Both the position numbers and the translations under genes were made by a program. This document shows, piece by piece, positions 23,349 to 34,718 of a DNA stretch of 64,000 nucleotides (position 1 is its first letter; each line of letters begins with the position of its first letter). Source of the stretch: a virus. The notes beneath the pieces are model-generated. The model was not told where the DNA came from, did not search any database, and saw only the letters and a list, made by a program, of their open reading frames with translations. The stretch lies in the IMG/VR virus record IMGVR_UViG_3300042348_000780. The stretch is one strand, 5' to 3'.

Positions 23349-24289
23349 TGTACCTAGAAAAATTTCCATTATTAACATATACATTTAATAATACAGAATA
23401 TTCTCTTGTTGATATTTTTAGAAGAGTAAGCTTCAAACAAAGCACTCTGGAAAATACATCAGCATTTTTCACATATTATGTGCAAGATGATGATACACCT
23501 GAAAATATAGCAAGAAATTTTTATAAAGATTCTACATTATGGTGGTTAGTTTTATTACCAAATAATATTGTAAGTAATTTAGAGTTTCCAATATCTGAAA
23601 ATTATTTAACATCATTTATTGAAACAAAATATCCAGGAAAAGTTTTTTTCTTTAGTGAATATATGCCAGATTTAAAATCAGGAAATATAATAGCTGGAGT
23701 CACATTAAATGGTACTCAGACTGCTATACAAAATACTAGTAATGTAAATTATGCAGTTATAAATGAATACAACAAAACATTCAGATATGCAGTTGTAAAT
23801 GAAATATATGGAAATCTACAATCTAACAATATAGTTGGATTTTATGATTCGAATTCAAATGAATTACCACATTCTTATATTGCATCAGAAGATGAAGCAA
23901 TTAAAACAAAAACATGGGCAACAATAAAATCTATAAAAGATCAAAAAGATGCACCAGTTGAATTCTTAGATTTAAATTCTAATTTTGTGTCTCCATATAT
24001 CATAAACAATACAAATGATTCAAAATCAACAGCATTAGGAACATATACGACAAATGATTTGACAGATACAAATACAATAACGAATACTTCATTATTCAAG
24101 TATATGACATCTGTTTCTGACAATAATATTTCTACGATAAGAACAATTCAATCAAAGGCTATTTTGGATAATGAAAAATTTAGATCAATAAAATTGCTAA
24201 ATCCAAAATATGCTCCAACTGTAATAAATGAAATAATTTCACTTATTAATTCAAATAATAAATCTATATCAATAACGGTAAGTGTATAA
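23348..24289 (+). CDS. gp53: Baseplate wedge gp53
   Basis: Y.E.FP...Y...DIFRRV...Y.V.D.DTPE.IA..FY....LWWLVL..N. Confidence 0.85.
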   Translation: MYLEKFPLLTYTFNNTEYSLVDIFRRVSFKQSTLENTSAFFTYYVQDDDTPENIARNFYKDSTLWWLVLLPNNIVSNLEFPISENYLTSFIETKYPGKVFFFSEYMPDLKSGNIIAGVTLNGTQTAIQNTSNVNYAVINEYNKTFRYAVVNEIYGNLQSNNIVGFYDSNSNELPHSYIASEDEAIKTKTWATIKSIKDQKDAPVEFLDLNSNFVSPYIINNTNDSKSTALGTYTTNDLTDTNTITNTSLFKYMTSVSDNNISTIRTIQSKAILDNEKFRSIKLLNPKYAPTVINEIISLINSNNKSISITVSV

Positions 24290-27200
24290 TGGCTCTAACT
24301 AATTTAGCATCTATAGTACGAAAAATTCAAATAGTAAAAAATGATATCACATTTGATGTTCATCCATGGCAAGGTTTTGTAGCAAATCCACTGGAAGAAT
24401 TAAAAATTATTCAAGATATAAATTCAACTACAATTGGTGGTCATTTAATTATAAAAGATGCATTCAATTGGTCAGGGGATTTAAGTATTACTGGAACTGA
24501 AAAACTTATTGTAGAACTTTTTTCAGATATATCATATTCAACAACTAAAACAATTGAATTTAAAATCTTTTCTATTCAACAGATAACAAATACTGGCACA
24601 AATGTCAGTATGAATCAGTTTGAATATTTTAATGCAATTAAAATTGATTTTTCAACAGATAATATCTTATCAGAAAATTCTGAATATGATTTATTTAATC
24701 TAGGTGATGATTTTGTTGGTTATATTGCAACTGATGGGTCTGGAAATATTCCTGGTTTGATTAATGAAATTTTTAATAAATTTGGCTTTGAGGAGTATGA
24801 AATCGAACCATCATATAATGGTGTGTGGATTCGATCAAATGAACTAACATATCCATGGGCAAAAAGTAAAGGTCAAACAAGTTTAGAACGATTATTAAAA
24901 TATGTTACTTCCTATACTGTATCCAAAGATAATAAAAATGCAATAAATTATTTCTTATGGAGAGATATAGATGGTTATCATTTTAAATCAGTTGAAAAAA
25001 TGATAGCGGATTCTGCTGAAATTAAAAATTTTTATGTTTTCACAAATGAAACAACATATCCATTTGCTATAAAAACTGTATATGAAATGTCTGAAGCAAA
25101 TATATTAGAACTTTCAGATAATAATGTCTTTCAAAGTTTTTACGAAAAAATTACTCCTAATTATGATGAATATTATCTTGATTTTGTCGATAATAATTTA
25201 TCATTTAAACGAGAGACTATAGACTTCAATTATCATAGAGATTTTGAGACATGGACACCAATAGAAACCAATAAGATTTTACCAGATTCTACAACCACTT
25301 CAGTTTATTCTTCGAATGGAAAGAATATACTCCAAAGCCTAAGAACAGATGATACTGTTTATGGCTATTATAGTGATTCAAAATTAAATACACCATTTCC
25401 ACAAAAGTGGGATCATATAGGTAAAACAGGTGATTCAAGATGGAATGATATTGTTTTTATTCCTCAGTATGATATGACTGAATTGGATATACAAACATTT
25501 TATACAATTCACAAGAAAATACGTGAACCATTAAAAGCAAAAAGAGCTAAGTATTCATATCTCAAAAATTTAAAAAGGAAATGGGAAGTATATAGATGCT
25601 CTATATGCTGTTTATCAGATCGTCTTGGTGGTATACAGGATGAATTAGATATTGCAAGAATACGCGGTGTTACAAATCCTCAAGAAAATACAGAATTTAA
25701 ATTACTATTTGGTCCAACTGGTATATTTGGTGATCTTGGTGTAAATTATAAAGTTGCAGCAGCTGGATCATTTAGTGATGTTTATAACTATGATTCTGAT
25801 ACAACTAATAATAAAGGATTGAGTTTATCTTATGATTTAAATTCTGCACCATTTAATGAAACAATTGCTGATTTTTATCATTTAAATTCTGATTTTTCAA
25901 ATTATGAAAAACATATTTTTACAAATGGATTTAAAGAATATGATGATCTTATTGGAAAATATAATAAACAATTAATTATTGTAAATGAATTTTTAGAAAA
26001 AGCAGATGAGTATATTTCAGCTGCCGCTGAATTTCAAACTGAAAATTTTTTAGATTATGATTTTAATGATATCAAATTATATAGTAATGGAGCAAAATCT
26101 TTTCTTAATATTTTATTAAAACCACCAGAAGGAAAATATCAACGTTATCTTTATGCTGGATCAGCATTAATTGATGAACTTGGCAGATTTAAATTATCAG
26201 AAGTTATATTTGACTGCTCTAAACAAAAAATATTTGATACTGGTATTGTTGGTGTAGAAGAATATATTAGAGATTATGATGAAAATGGAGAACCCGTATT
26301 TGGATATAGTGCAGCTATTTTAGATTTTTTTCGAACATATGATTATTTAATGGAATATACAGACAATGAATTTAATTTCAAAGATTCTTTCAGAGAAAAT
26401 TCATATAATAATTTTTTATCTCTTGTAAATAACAAAAAAGCATTTTGTTTTTCATGTTTAAATAATCTTGGTTTGGAAATATTAAAAAGAACTTCACAAA
26501 AAAGGAAAGTATTTCTTGAACAGCAAATAAAGTTAATAACATTCTTTAAAAATACTATTTCTGAAAAGTTGTATGAAAAATGGAAAACCTCTAAAGAAGA
26601 ATATTTAAATAGAAAAGCATTTTTTATATCAAAAGAAGAAAGAAAAATTAAAAATGCTGATAATGAAATAGTCGCATCAAATCTTTCTTTATTTAATATT
26701 AAATCAATTAAAAGAAAACCAGTAAGGGGATCTCGCTATGAAATATTAGCTAGAACTAATGGAATAACTGGTAATCAAACTGGAGAATATCTATATAAAA
26801 TATTTTTTGATGATGAAGAAGTGGATATATCTGAGGATGGTAATCACCCATACTATGATCAAAAATATAAACAAGAAAATACTTTTTTAGGATCAGATAT
26901 TCCAACTAGATTGAAATTTAAAGATGAAATATTTAAATCAAATGATCCCCCTCTTGGTCAATATTCTCCAGATTCATTACCAAAATTAGGAGGATATTTT
27001 GAAGCTAGAAATTCTAATATTGTAAATAATCAAAATACAACCGATTTAGGTTATGGAAATAGAATGTTAGAATCTATAAGTACATTATATTCGGCAGATT
27101 TATCAAATTATGAAAATAAATTTAATATTTTTAAATCTGATATAATTGACAAAAAGCCACCAAATTTAAAAAGAGAAGAAATATCTTCATATATTAGAAT

Positions 27201-28944
27201 TGAATTTAAACAACCAATTGGAGTTGAATCATTGAGTGATTTTCCCAACGGTTTTGTGAGAAATGCTGGTTATGAATATTTTTTACCATATATTGTATCT
27301 TTAACAGCTGGACCAAATGGTAGACAAACAATTAATCAAAATGTTGTTGTTATTGGCATGGATCCATATGGATTTGATGTTGCAATGAAAAAAATACCAG
27401 ATCCACAATATAATGGTGAATATTATTGGTGGTCTTCTGGTATTCAATCTTCACAGATGGATTTATGGCCAGAAATTGCTTTTGAAACAAAATATCCTTA
27501 TTATGTGACATGTAATGACAGTTATATTTTATCTGAAAATACTGATAATGATTATTATAGCTTCTGGTTATATGGTGATTATTTCCAACAAATAGCTAAT
27601 CTTTATGAAAATGAATACGACAGACAGAATGGAAATGTTGCATTCAATACAAATACTAGAGTTTTAAACAGTTATAATGATAATAAAAATTCATATTATA
27701 CAAAAAATTTATCAAATTTAAATTTTGCATCTAATTTTTTAATTAATTCACATAAAGTTTTGAAAGCTTGTAGAAATTGGTGGTCTTTCCATATCCCAGA
27801 ATCAATTATAATTTTTCCTGGACTAAGTGAAATGTTCGGTGATCCATATCGAACATATGAAAATATTTTCTTTGATTCCAGGTCATACAGTGAACAATTT
27901 CGTTATCGAAATTTTGTCTATAATTTCTCCGTAGAAATTCCTTTAGCTAGTAATGAATATGACATTTTGAGATTGGATAAGACTAAAGATTTTAATGAAA
28001 TTTTAGATGCATATAATACAGCTGATATTGATTTTTATCATTATAAATATAATGATTATAACTATATAACAGTTTTTAAAGACAATGATACATTTTCAGA
28101 AATACATCCTGACATAAAAACTTACTTCAAAGAAATGACAAATTGGTGGTTATCTGGCGATCATGTCATTTACAGACCTGGATTGGTTACTGAGGATGTA
28201 TGGAAATATGATTTATCTGGAAATACAGATTATGGAATGGTATTTCCTCCTGTAAGACAAAATCATTGTGATATTTTTGATAATAATTTTGCTGCTCAAT
28301 TTGTTGTTTTTGCTAAGACAACAGATATTTGTACAAAATCTAATTTAAAATGTATTAATCCTAATGGCTTTGTTACTACGAGTGGTTGTACGGCTGGTAA
28401 TCCGTATTGCAATTGTCCAGCACAAAATAGAAAACCAACCGAAGCAGAGCCATCCTATCTTGAAATCTATAAATTAGAACAAGAAATAAAAGAATGTTCT
28501 TTAATTTCAGAACATCTTGGCAAGGATTGGTTAGGTTGTGTTTGGTCAAATCCAGACAGTACGTTTAGCTGTAATTGTCCAGAAATTGGTGATAAATTTA
28601 TGGATTATCTAGAATATAATCGCACATATGCTACATTCTGGAATACACCAGCTAAAACTCCATTGCTTAGAAATGCTCAAATCAATTTATTATTTAGTAC
28701 CAAACTTTCTATAAAAGTACAGGCAAATCCATCACTTAAGATTGGTGATATAATCTATATCTTACAGCCAAATACTGTTCCAAATGGAGAAAATCCATAT
28801 AAGAGATTCACTGGAAAATATCTGGTTACTTCTATAAACTACATCTTTAATGGAAATGCTGTAGATTATTATGAATTGACATTAAATAGAGATAGTTCTT
28901 TCTTAAATCCAAATGAAGGGTCTGAACCAATCGTAATTCAATAA
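24289..28944 (+). CDS. Large (1551 aa) baseplate hub-like protein, gp27-like ends with large insertion
   Basis: YFLWRD.DGYHFKS.E near the N-terminus; L.IGD.I...TGKYLVT.I...L.L.RD at the C-terminus; between gp53 and gp25. Confidence 0.6.
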   Translation: MALTNLASIVRKIQIVKNDITFDVHPWQGFVANPLEELKIIQDINSTTIGGHLIIKDAFNWSGDLSITGTEKLIVELFSDISYSTTKTIEFKIFSIQQITNTGTNVSMNQFEYFNAIKIDFSTDNILSENSEYDLFNLGDDFVGYIATDGSGNIPGLINEIFNKFGFEEYEIEPSYNGVWIRSNELTYPWAKSKGQTSLERLLKYVTSYTVSKDNKNAINYFLWRDIDGYHFKSVEKMIADSAEIKNFYVFTNETTYPFAIKTVYEMSEANILELSDNNVFQSFYEKITPNYDEYYLDFVDNNLSFKRETIDFNYHRDFETWTPIETNKILPDSTTTSVYSSNGKNILQSLRTDDTVYGYYSDSKLNTPFPQKWDHIGKTGDSRWNDIVFIPQYDMTELDIQTFYTIHKKIREPLKAKRAKYSYLKNLKRKWEVYRCSICCLSDRLGGIQDELDIARIRGVTNPQENTEFKLLFGPTGIFGDLGVNYKVAAAGSFSDVYNYDSDTTNNKGLSLSYDLNSAPFNETIADFYHLNSDFSNYEKHIFTNGFKEYDDLIGKYNKQLIIVNEFLEKADEYISAAAEFQTENFLDYDFNDIKLYSNGAKSFLNILLKPPEGKYQRYLYAGSALIDELGRFKLSEVIFDCSKQKIFDTGIVGVEEYIRDYDENGEPVFGYSAAILDFFRTYDYLMEYTDNEFNFKDSFRENSYNNFLSLVNNKKAFCFSCLNNLGLEILKRTSQKRKVFLEQQIKLITFFKNTISEKLYEKWKTSKEEYLNRKAFFISKEERKIKNADNEIVASNLSLFNIKSIKRKPVRGSRYEILARTNGITGNQTGEYLYKIFFDDEEVDISEDGNHPYYDQKYKQENTFLGSDIPTRLKFKDEIFKSNDPPLGQYSPDSLPKLGGYFEARNSNIVNNQNTTDLGYGNRMLESISTLYSADLSNYENKFNIFKSDIIDKKPPNLKREEISSYIRIEFKQPIGVESLSDFPNGFVRNAGYEYFLPYIVSLTAGPNGRQTINQNVVVIGMDPYGFDVAMKKIPDPQYNGEYYWWSSGIQSSQMDLWPEIAFETKYPYYVTCNDSYILSENTDNDYYSFWLYGDYFQQIANLYENEYDRQNGNVAFNTNTRVLNSYNDNKNSYYTKNLSNLNFASNFLINSHKVLKACRNWWSFHIPESIIIFPGLSEMFGDPYRTYENIFFDSRSYSEQFRYRNFVYNFSVEIPLASNEYDILRLDKTKDFNEILDAYNTADIDFYHYKYNDYNYITVFKDNDTFSEIHPDIKTYFKEMTNWWLSGDHVIYRPGLVTEDVWKYDLSGNTDYGMVFPPVRQNHCDIFDNNFAAQFVVFAKTTDICTKSNLKCINPNGFVTTSGCTAGNPYCNCPAQNRKPTEAEPSYLEIYKLEQEIKECSLISEHLGKDWLGCVWSNPDSTFSCNCPEIGDKFMDYLEYNRTYATFWNTPAKTPLLRNAQINLLFSTKLSIKVQANPSLKIGDIIYILQPNTVPNGENPYKRFTGKYLVTSINYIFNGNAVDYYELTLNRDSSFLNPNEGSEPIVIQ

Positions 28945-28956
28945 TAAATAAAATAT

Positions 28957-29340
28957 ATGGTATTACAAAAAAATCTATATTCCGATTTAAATTTTTTCAT
29001 TAGTAAAAATCCATTTACTAGTGATTTTGCCATACGAAAAGATAATAATGCTATTAAACAATCAATAAAAAATATTGTTTTAACAAATTTTGGAGAAAGA
29101 CCATTTTTAAGAAATTTTGGTACTGATATCTACAATTCTATTTTTGAACATCCAGAGCTAGTAGAATTTTATGTTGATCAAAATTTGCGCATAGCAATTA
29201 ATAAATATGAACCTAGAATAAAATTGATTGATATTGTATATACAACCTCTGATCAAAATGTAGATGTAGAGATATCTTATTCAATAACATCATTAAATAC
29301 AATAGATACATTTAAAATAGAAATAGCGAGAACAAGATAA
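28957..29340 (+). CDS. gp25: Baseplate wedge gp25
   Basis: AIKQSIKNIVLT..GERPF..NFG...FE...YEPRI. Confidence 0.92.
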   Translation: MVLQKNLYSDLNFFISKNPFTSDFAIRKDNNAIKQSIKNIVLTNFGERPFLRNFGTDIYNSIFEHPELVEFYVDQNLRIAINKYEPRIKLIDIVYTTSDQNVDVEISYSITSLNTIDTFKIEIARTR

Positions 29341-31076
29341 TGTCAAATAATATTAATTTGGGTTCTATTAGCTATGAACAAATAAAAAATAGTCTTACTG
29401 AATTTTTAAAAACCCAAGACACCCTTAAAGATTATAATTTTGAAGGATCTGTTTTACAATCTATTGTAAGTCTTCTTAGTTACAATACAATGTATTACGC
29501 ATTTTATTCCAATATGTTGGCAAATGAAATGTTTCTGGATTCAGCTCAAAGAGAAGAATCTATCATTTCTCTTTTAAAGCCATTAGGAGTGACAGTTCCA
29601 ACAAGAACATCTGCTAGAGCAAAAGTAAAAATGGGTGGATCACCAAATATTCCTCAATTTGCTCAATTTTCAGGAAAAAATGATTCTGGAATCATATACA
29701 ATTTTTATACTCTACAAGACTATGCGGCAGATGTAAATGCTGACGATTTCATCGATAATATATTAATTGTCGAAGGCCGTCAACTTGTAAAACATAAAAT
29801 TATAACGAATCTAATAGATTATACAAATCAAACATATTTTATTGCAGATAACACCGTTGATATTTCAACATTAATTGTTGAAATAGATGAAGGAGATGGT
29901 GTTTGGAGACAGTGGACTTTATTAGACAATATCGGAGATTCAACCGAAAATTTAAGTCAAACTAGTTATTTCGTTGAAAGATTTGAGACAGGATTTGAGA
30001 TACAGTTTGGTAAAGAAAATTCACTTGGAAATGAAGTTTTAGATTCATATAATACAAGAATTAGTTATTTGACATCTAATGGAACTGCTGCAAATAATAT
30101 AGTTAATTTTGAATATGTTGCAGAAACAAGCAATAATATTGAACTTATACAAACATCATCTGGTGGATTGAATGGTCCAGATATAGATTATTTAAAATTT
30201 ATTGGTCCTAAGTTTTTTGCTGCACAAAATAGAGCAATTACAAAAAATGACTTTTTAGCAATATCTACTGTATATTTAAGAAATAAAGGTTTTGATGTAT
30301 CTAAAGATAACTTCTCAATTTTTGGTGGCGATGAATTATTTCCACCAAAATATGGAAGAGTTTTTATTGCAACTGATTCTATTCCGACATCAGATGTATT
30401 AGATCTTATATCATATCTTAAGACAAAATGTGCTGTGACTATTCTTCCTGAATATGTTCAATCCACATCGGACAATCTTACTTATGATGTGCAATTGAAA
30501 TTCAATCCAGAGATTACATCATCATCTACAAAACAAAGAATAATTTCAAATATCAAAAATTATTTAATTTCAAATTATTCTATTATAAGTAAATATAATA
30601 TTACTTTTGATATAGCCCAAATAAAAACAAATATTTTAAATAATTTTTCAGATGTTCGATCTGTTGATATTATCATGAACTATAATAAGATATTTACAGA
30701 TGCACCAACAAATGGTGTAACTATAAATTTAGAAAATGAATTTAATATTTTAGTCGGCTCAACTAAATCAGTAACAGAATCTTTCTTAGATAAGAATAGT
30801 AGAACCGTACAATTAAGAGCAACAATTACAAATACTACTGAATTAGATACATTTGTACCACTTAAAACATTTGTAAGAACTTCTTCAGGTTCATATAATT
30901 ATAATTCATCATTAAATTATGGAAGAATTAATGTTAAAAAGGGTATTTTGGAAATATACAATATAGCATCTGGAAACATTCAAGTTGATTTAAATTTTGT
31001 AAATGATAAATTTATAACTTCTCAGAATACTAAATTTACAATTTTATCTAATAAGGTAATAGAGGCTGGTACATGA
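29340..31076 (+). CDS. gp6: Baseplate wedge gp6
   Basis: DYNFEGS...YNT.Y.AFY.NM.ANE.FLDSAQ; QNRAIT..D; PP.YGRVFI. Confidence 0.92.
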   Translation: MSNNINLGSISYEQIKNSLTEFLKTQDTLKDYNFEGSVLQSIVSLLSYNTMYYAFYSNMLANEMFLDSAQREESIISLLKPLGVTVPTRTSARAKVKMGGSPNIPQFAQFSGKNDSGIIYNFYTLQDYAADVNADDFIDNILIVEGRQLVKHKIITNLIDYTNQTYFIADNTVDISTLIVEIDEGDGVWRQWTLLDNIGDSTENLSQTSYFVERFETGFEIQFGKENSLGNEVLDSYNTRISYLTSNGTAANNIVNFEYVAETSNNIELIQTSSGGLNGPDIDYLKFIGPKFFAAQNRAITKNDFLAISTVYLRNKGFDVSKDNFSIFGGDELFPPKYGRVFIATDSIPTSDVLDLISYLKTKCAVTILPEYVQSTSDNLTYDVQLKFNPEITSSSTKQRIISNIKNYLISNYSIISKYNITFDIAQIKTNILNNFSDVRSVDIIMNYNKIFTDAPTNGVTINLENEFNILVGSTKSVTESFLDKNSRTVQLRATITNTTELDTFVPLKTFVRTSSGSYNYNSSLNYGRINVKKGILEIYNIASGNIQVDLNFVNDKFITSQNTKFTILSNKVIEAGT

Positions 31077-32266
31077 TACCATATCTTATACAAGACGCAG
31101 TATTAAATAATAATCATGCTGTAAATGCATTGATTGATTTGGTTATTCAAGAAATTGAATCAACTCAAAATAAATCATCATCTGCAACTCGTCTTGTTGA
31201 GAATGATCCTAGATTTAATACAAATAATACAGAAACTTGTGGTACTTTATTTGATATTACAAAATTTATTCCATTGTGGGTAATCAAAGAAAAAACAGAA
31301 CGTGAAGGTAATGGAGAAAGTGTTTTAACAATCTATGATTTTTTACAAAAATATTATGATTGGCTATATTGTGATAATTCATCTGGTGGACAATATGGGC
31401 TTTCTAAAAATATTTTAGATCTTATTGATGTAAGAAAAACAAAAGAAAATCTAATACAAAATTTGTATGCCGTATACGCAGAATCATTTACTGGAATATT
31501 TAATTCTACTTCATTAACAGTTGGAAGATCGGAATTAGAAAAATTCTTTATAGGAATAAGAAAAAACTTTTACCATCGAAAAGGAACAGAAGATGGTATT
31601 AGAAAGCTATTAACTACATTATTCGTAATTGATGAAGCTGATATTGAAATTGAAATACCCAAACAATTTATATTAAGACTAAATGGTGGTAAATTTGCTG
31701 ACTCAAATTTCACTTTTAGAACTGGAACAGGTGACACTGGTGGTTATCTTGAAAAGGGTGATCTATCTGGAAGTTATTTGAATTTTTCAAAACTTCATGA
31801 CACAACATGGTTTCATGATTACTCATATCTTGTATTTGTTGGATCATATTATAATGATAATGATGACCTGGAACAAGTTTATAGAGCTTCAAACCATCCA
31901 GCTGGAACACATTTAATATTTGGTAAACAATTATCAGATTTTCAGCCAGCAGAACCAGATGATGAGGTGGGAACTATTTGTGAATACCCAATGCTCTCAA
32001 ACTATGCCCCATATCGTCTTAACATAACATACGGTTCTTTGGGAACCATAAATGGATATACTTTCTATGGAATAACTTCATGTATAGGTTGTTGTGGAGC
32101 TAGTTACTCTGGATTTACTGGTCCTACACATCGATTCCCAAATTGGAATCAGCTAATCACCGAAGATACCTTTGGTAATATAAATATACAAGATTTTATT
32201 ATTTTATGTTATTCTGACGGTCTTACTAGCCCAAACGAAAATCTATCCTGTACTGGTTGCAACTAA
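31073..32266 (+). CDS. Baseplate wedge initiator gp7-like
   Basis: FL..YY.WL; FY..KGT...I..L...LF; HPAG; synteny. Confidence 0.7.
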   Translation: MIPYLIQDAVLNNNHAVNALIDLVIQEIESTQNKSSSATRLVENDPRFNTNNTETCGTLFDITKFIPLWVIKEKTEREGNGESVLTIYDFLQKYYDWLYCDNSSGGQYGLSKNILDLIDVRKTKENLIQNLYAVYAESFTGIFNSTSLTVGRSELEKFFIGIRKNFYHRKGTEDGIRKLLTTLFVIDEADIEIEIPKQFILRLNGGKFADSNFTFRTGTGDTGGYLEKGDLSGSYLNFSKLHDTTWFHDYSYLVFVGSYYNDNDDLEQVYRASNHPAGTHLIFGKQLSDFQPAEPDDEVGTICEYPMLSNYAPYRLNITYGSLGTINGYTFYGITSCIGCCGASYSGFTGPTHRFPNWNQLITEDTFGNINIQDFIILCYSDGLTSPNENLSCTGCN

Positions 32267-34056
32267 TGTTAAAAAAATCTAAAGATATTCAGTCATATAT
32301 TTCATCTATAGGAAAAACCGAACATTTACATGTTTTTGTCGGTCAATCAGATAGTGTTGCTGATGATACTTCTACAATATCTTCTATAGATTTGTGGAGA
32401 GATATGGCATTTAGTAAGAAAGTTAGTAAGGCTGACGTTATAGGTGTTATTAATAACAATCCCTGGTCATCTGGAAATATTTACTATCCTTGGAAATCAA
32501 ACAAACAAAATACAAATTCATATTATGCATGGAATAAAGAAAATGGAAATGTTTATCTTTGTATTCAAAATAATGCATATAATAGAATAGATCGTGAAGG
32601 ACAAAATGCTTCAACATATATTCCAAATCACAGTTATGGAATACAATCATATCCAGATGGTTATTCCTGGCTACCGATTTACAGAATAACAGGTGATTTG
32701 CTAAGATTTGTTAAGACTGAATGGATTCCTGTTATATCATTTGAAACTTTTGAAGAACAAACATTTTCTACAGAATATACTGCACAGACTGAATTTTGTT
32801 CAAACAATATAACAGCAACTGGATCGTGTGCTTTATATTTTAAAGATAATAATCAATTACCAATATCTGGTATAAGTTTTGAAAATTATTCTAAAGGAGA
32901 TTTATATACCTCCTTTATTAGTGATTGTTCTGAGTGTTATACACTTTTTACAGATAATCCTAAGTTTTACAATAAATTCTATCCAACTGGTACTAGTGTA
33001 AATTCAACTTATACAATTGAAGATAAGTTTGATTTGATTGGAAGATTGATTTCAGAAAATAAACTACCAGCTTCATCTCCATATTATGCATTATATGAAA
33101 TAGCAAACAATGGGCCAGATGATGGTTCTCTTATTTCTGCACAGTTAGATTTATCAGGAATAACTGGTGATGATTTAGTTGTTAGTATACAAAATCCTCA
33201 AATTACTATTACATCAGCAACTGGATCAGGAGCATCAATGAGATTCCTGACCTACACAAATATTGATGGAAAATATATTGTAGAAGGTGTAGAAGTTCAA
33301 TCAGGTGGAACCAATTACAGAGATATTAGTTTGAGTATATCTAATTCAATATTTACAAATACTAACATTGTTGATATTTTATTATCATCAATTAATGTTA
33401 ATTTTGATAATATTGATGGATTAAACATAGATCCATATGATGTATTGAATTGTAATAATGTTATGGTAGATACAAGAATAGATACAAATGAATTATATTC
33501 GAGTGCTGTAGCATTGCCAGAAACTATAAATTTATTTGGTTTAGTATCTAATCCTTTAGAAGAATTACCAAATGGTGATCTTGTTATTGCTGGAGCTGAA
33601 TTATCTCCATATAACAGTAAAGTAAAATCAGGTGGTTCTGTGGTTTCTGTTTATTATCCTGGTGACGAAACACTTGGAAATCCCACAACTATTCCAAGTA
33701 AAGGTAAAGGGTCTGCAAATTCTATTATATCTGGTGTAAATAAAAATACAAATACAGCCAGAATTTTACAGAATGTATCAAATGATCCACTTTATGTTTT
33801 TGATTATCCACAGTTACCTTACGAGTCTATAGTCACTGTTAGTGGAATAGATTATTCTAACTTGTCTTCTTTATCTGAAATTACAGATTCAAGTGACAAT
33901 GAATTCATTGTAAGTACCGTGATTTCATCACCATCATTCAAACAATATTCTGGTAAAGTATTACAAACAAAAAGAACTTCAAGAGATCTAAAGTTAACAA
34001 CAACATCTGGTACATTATCCAGAATAATAAGAATAAATATGATTAAGGGATTATAA
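32266..34056 (+). CDS. Baseplate wedge gp8-like
   Basis: W.SG.IY..W; NVY.C..N; DGY.W..IY...F...EWIPV; ATG 32266 via TAATG. Confidence 0.75.
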   Translation: MLKKSKDIQSYISSIGKTEHLHVFVGQSDSVADDTSTISSIDLWRDMAFSKKVSKADVIGVINNNPWSSGNIYYPWKSNKQNTNSYYAWNKENGNVYLCIQNNAYNRIDREGQNASTYIPNHSYGIQSYPDGYSWLPIYRITGDLLRFVKTEWIPVISFETFEEQTFSTEYTAQTEFCSNNITATGSCALYFKDNNQLPISGISFENYSKGDLYTSFISDCSECYTLFTDNPKFYNKFYPTGTSVNSTYTIEDKFDLIGRLISENKLPASSPYYALYEIANNGPDDGSLISAQLDLSGITGDDLVVSIQNPQITITSATGSGASMRFLTYTNIDGKYIVEGVEVQSGGTNYRDISLSISNSIFTNTNIVDILLSSINVNFDNIDGLNIDPYDVLNCNNVMVDTRIDTNELYSSAVALPETINLFGLVSNPLEELPNGDLVIAGAELSPYNSKVKSGGSVVSVYYPGDETLGNPTTIPSKGKGSANSIISGVNKNTNTARILQNVSNDPLYVFDYPQLPYESIVTVSGIDYSNLSSLSEITDSSDNEFIVSTVISSPSFKQYSGKVLQTKRTSRDLKLTTTSGTLSRIIRINMIKGL

Positions 34057-34706
34057 TGGCTAACGAAATATTTGGAGATATTACAAATCCATCATCCTTG
34101 AGTAGAAAACCATTCTACTCAAGATTTACTTCTTTTGAAACCACAGAAGATAATTATATATTGATCGGATTCACACCTGGGTTAGCATTACAAGCCGCTG
34201 AATTAAATGAAATTCAAGATATTTATCACAAAATAGATAAATTAAGTAATACTATGATGTCTAATTGGACATTATATGCATTACAAAATATTGCAGATAT
34301 ATCAGATTTCACTGGAATAATATGGGATGGAACAATTCCATTATCACCAGATATGATCACAGTATCTGGTGATTTTATAACATTTTCATCTGGATGGTAT
34401 TACTATAATCATTCAAGTGGTCTGAATCATTGGGTATATCTTACAGAAGATATTATCTATGATTCATCTTTAGATGCAGCAAGTGGTTTTATAGGTTTCA
34501 GTATATCAACATTAGATGTATTTTCCTCTTCAGATGATCGTTTATATGATAACTCTTCTGGAAGTGTTAACACTAATAGTCCTGGTGCATATAGAGTAAA
34601 TCATAATATAACAGGTGCTAATTTTAATACTAATGCCAATAATACAAAAGTAATAATAAGAAAAACAAATAATGTTTATACTTATTTTAATGGAATGCCA
34701 ATTTAA
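34056..34706 (+). CDS. Virion structural protein (VrlC/DUF4815 N-terminal-like)
   Basis: F.PG.ALQA.ELNEIQ; LYDNS.G..N...PGA.R. Confidence 0.65.
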   Translation: MANEIFGDITNPSSLSRKPFYSRFTSFETTEDNYILIGFTPGLALQAAELNEIQDIYHKIDKLSNTMMSNWTLYALQNIADISDFTGIIWDGTIPLSPDMITVSGDFITFSSGWYYYNHSSGLNHWVYLTEDIIYDSSLDAASGFIGFSISTLDVFSSSDDRLYDNSSGSVNTNSPGAYRVNHNITGANFNTNANNTKVIIRKTNNVYTYFNGMPI

Positions 34707-34718
34707 TAAAGGTTAAAG

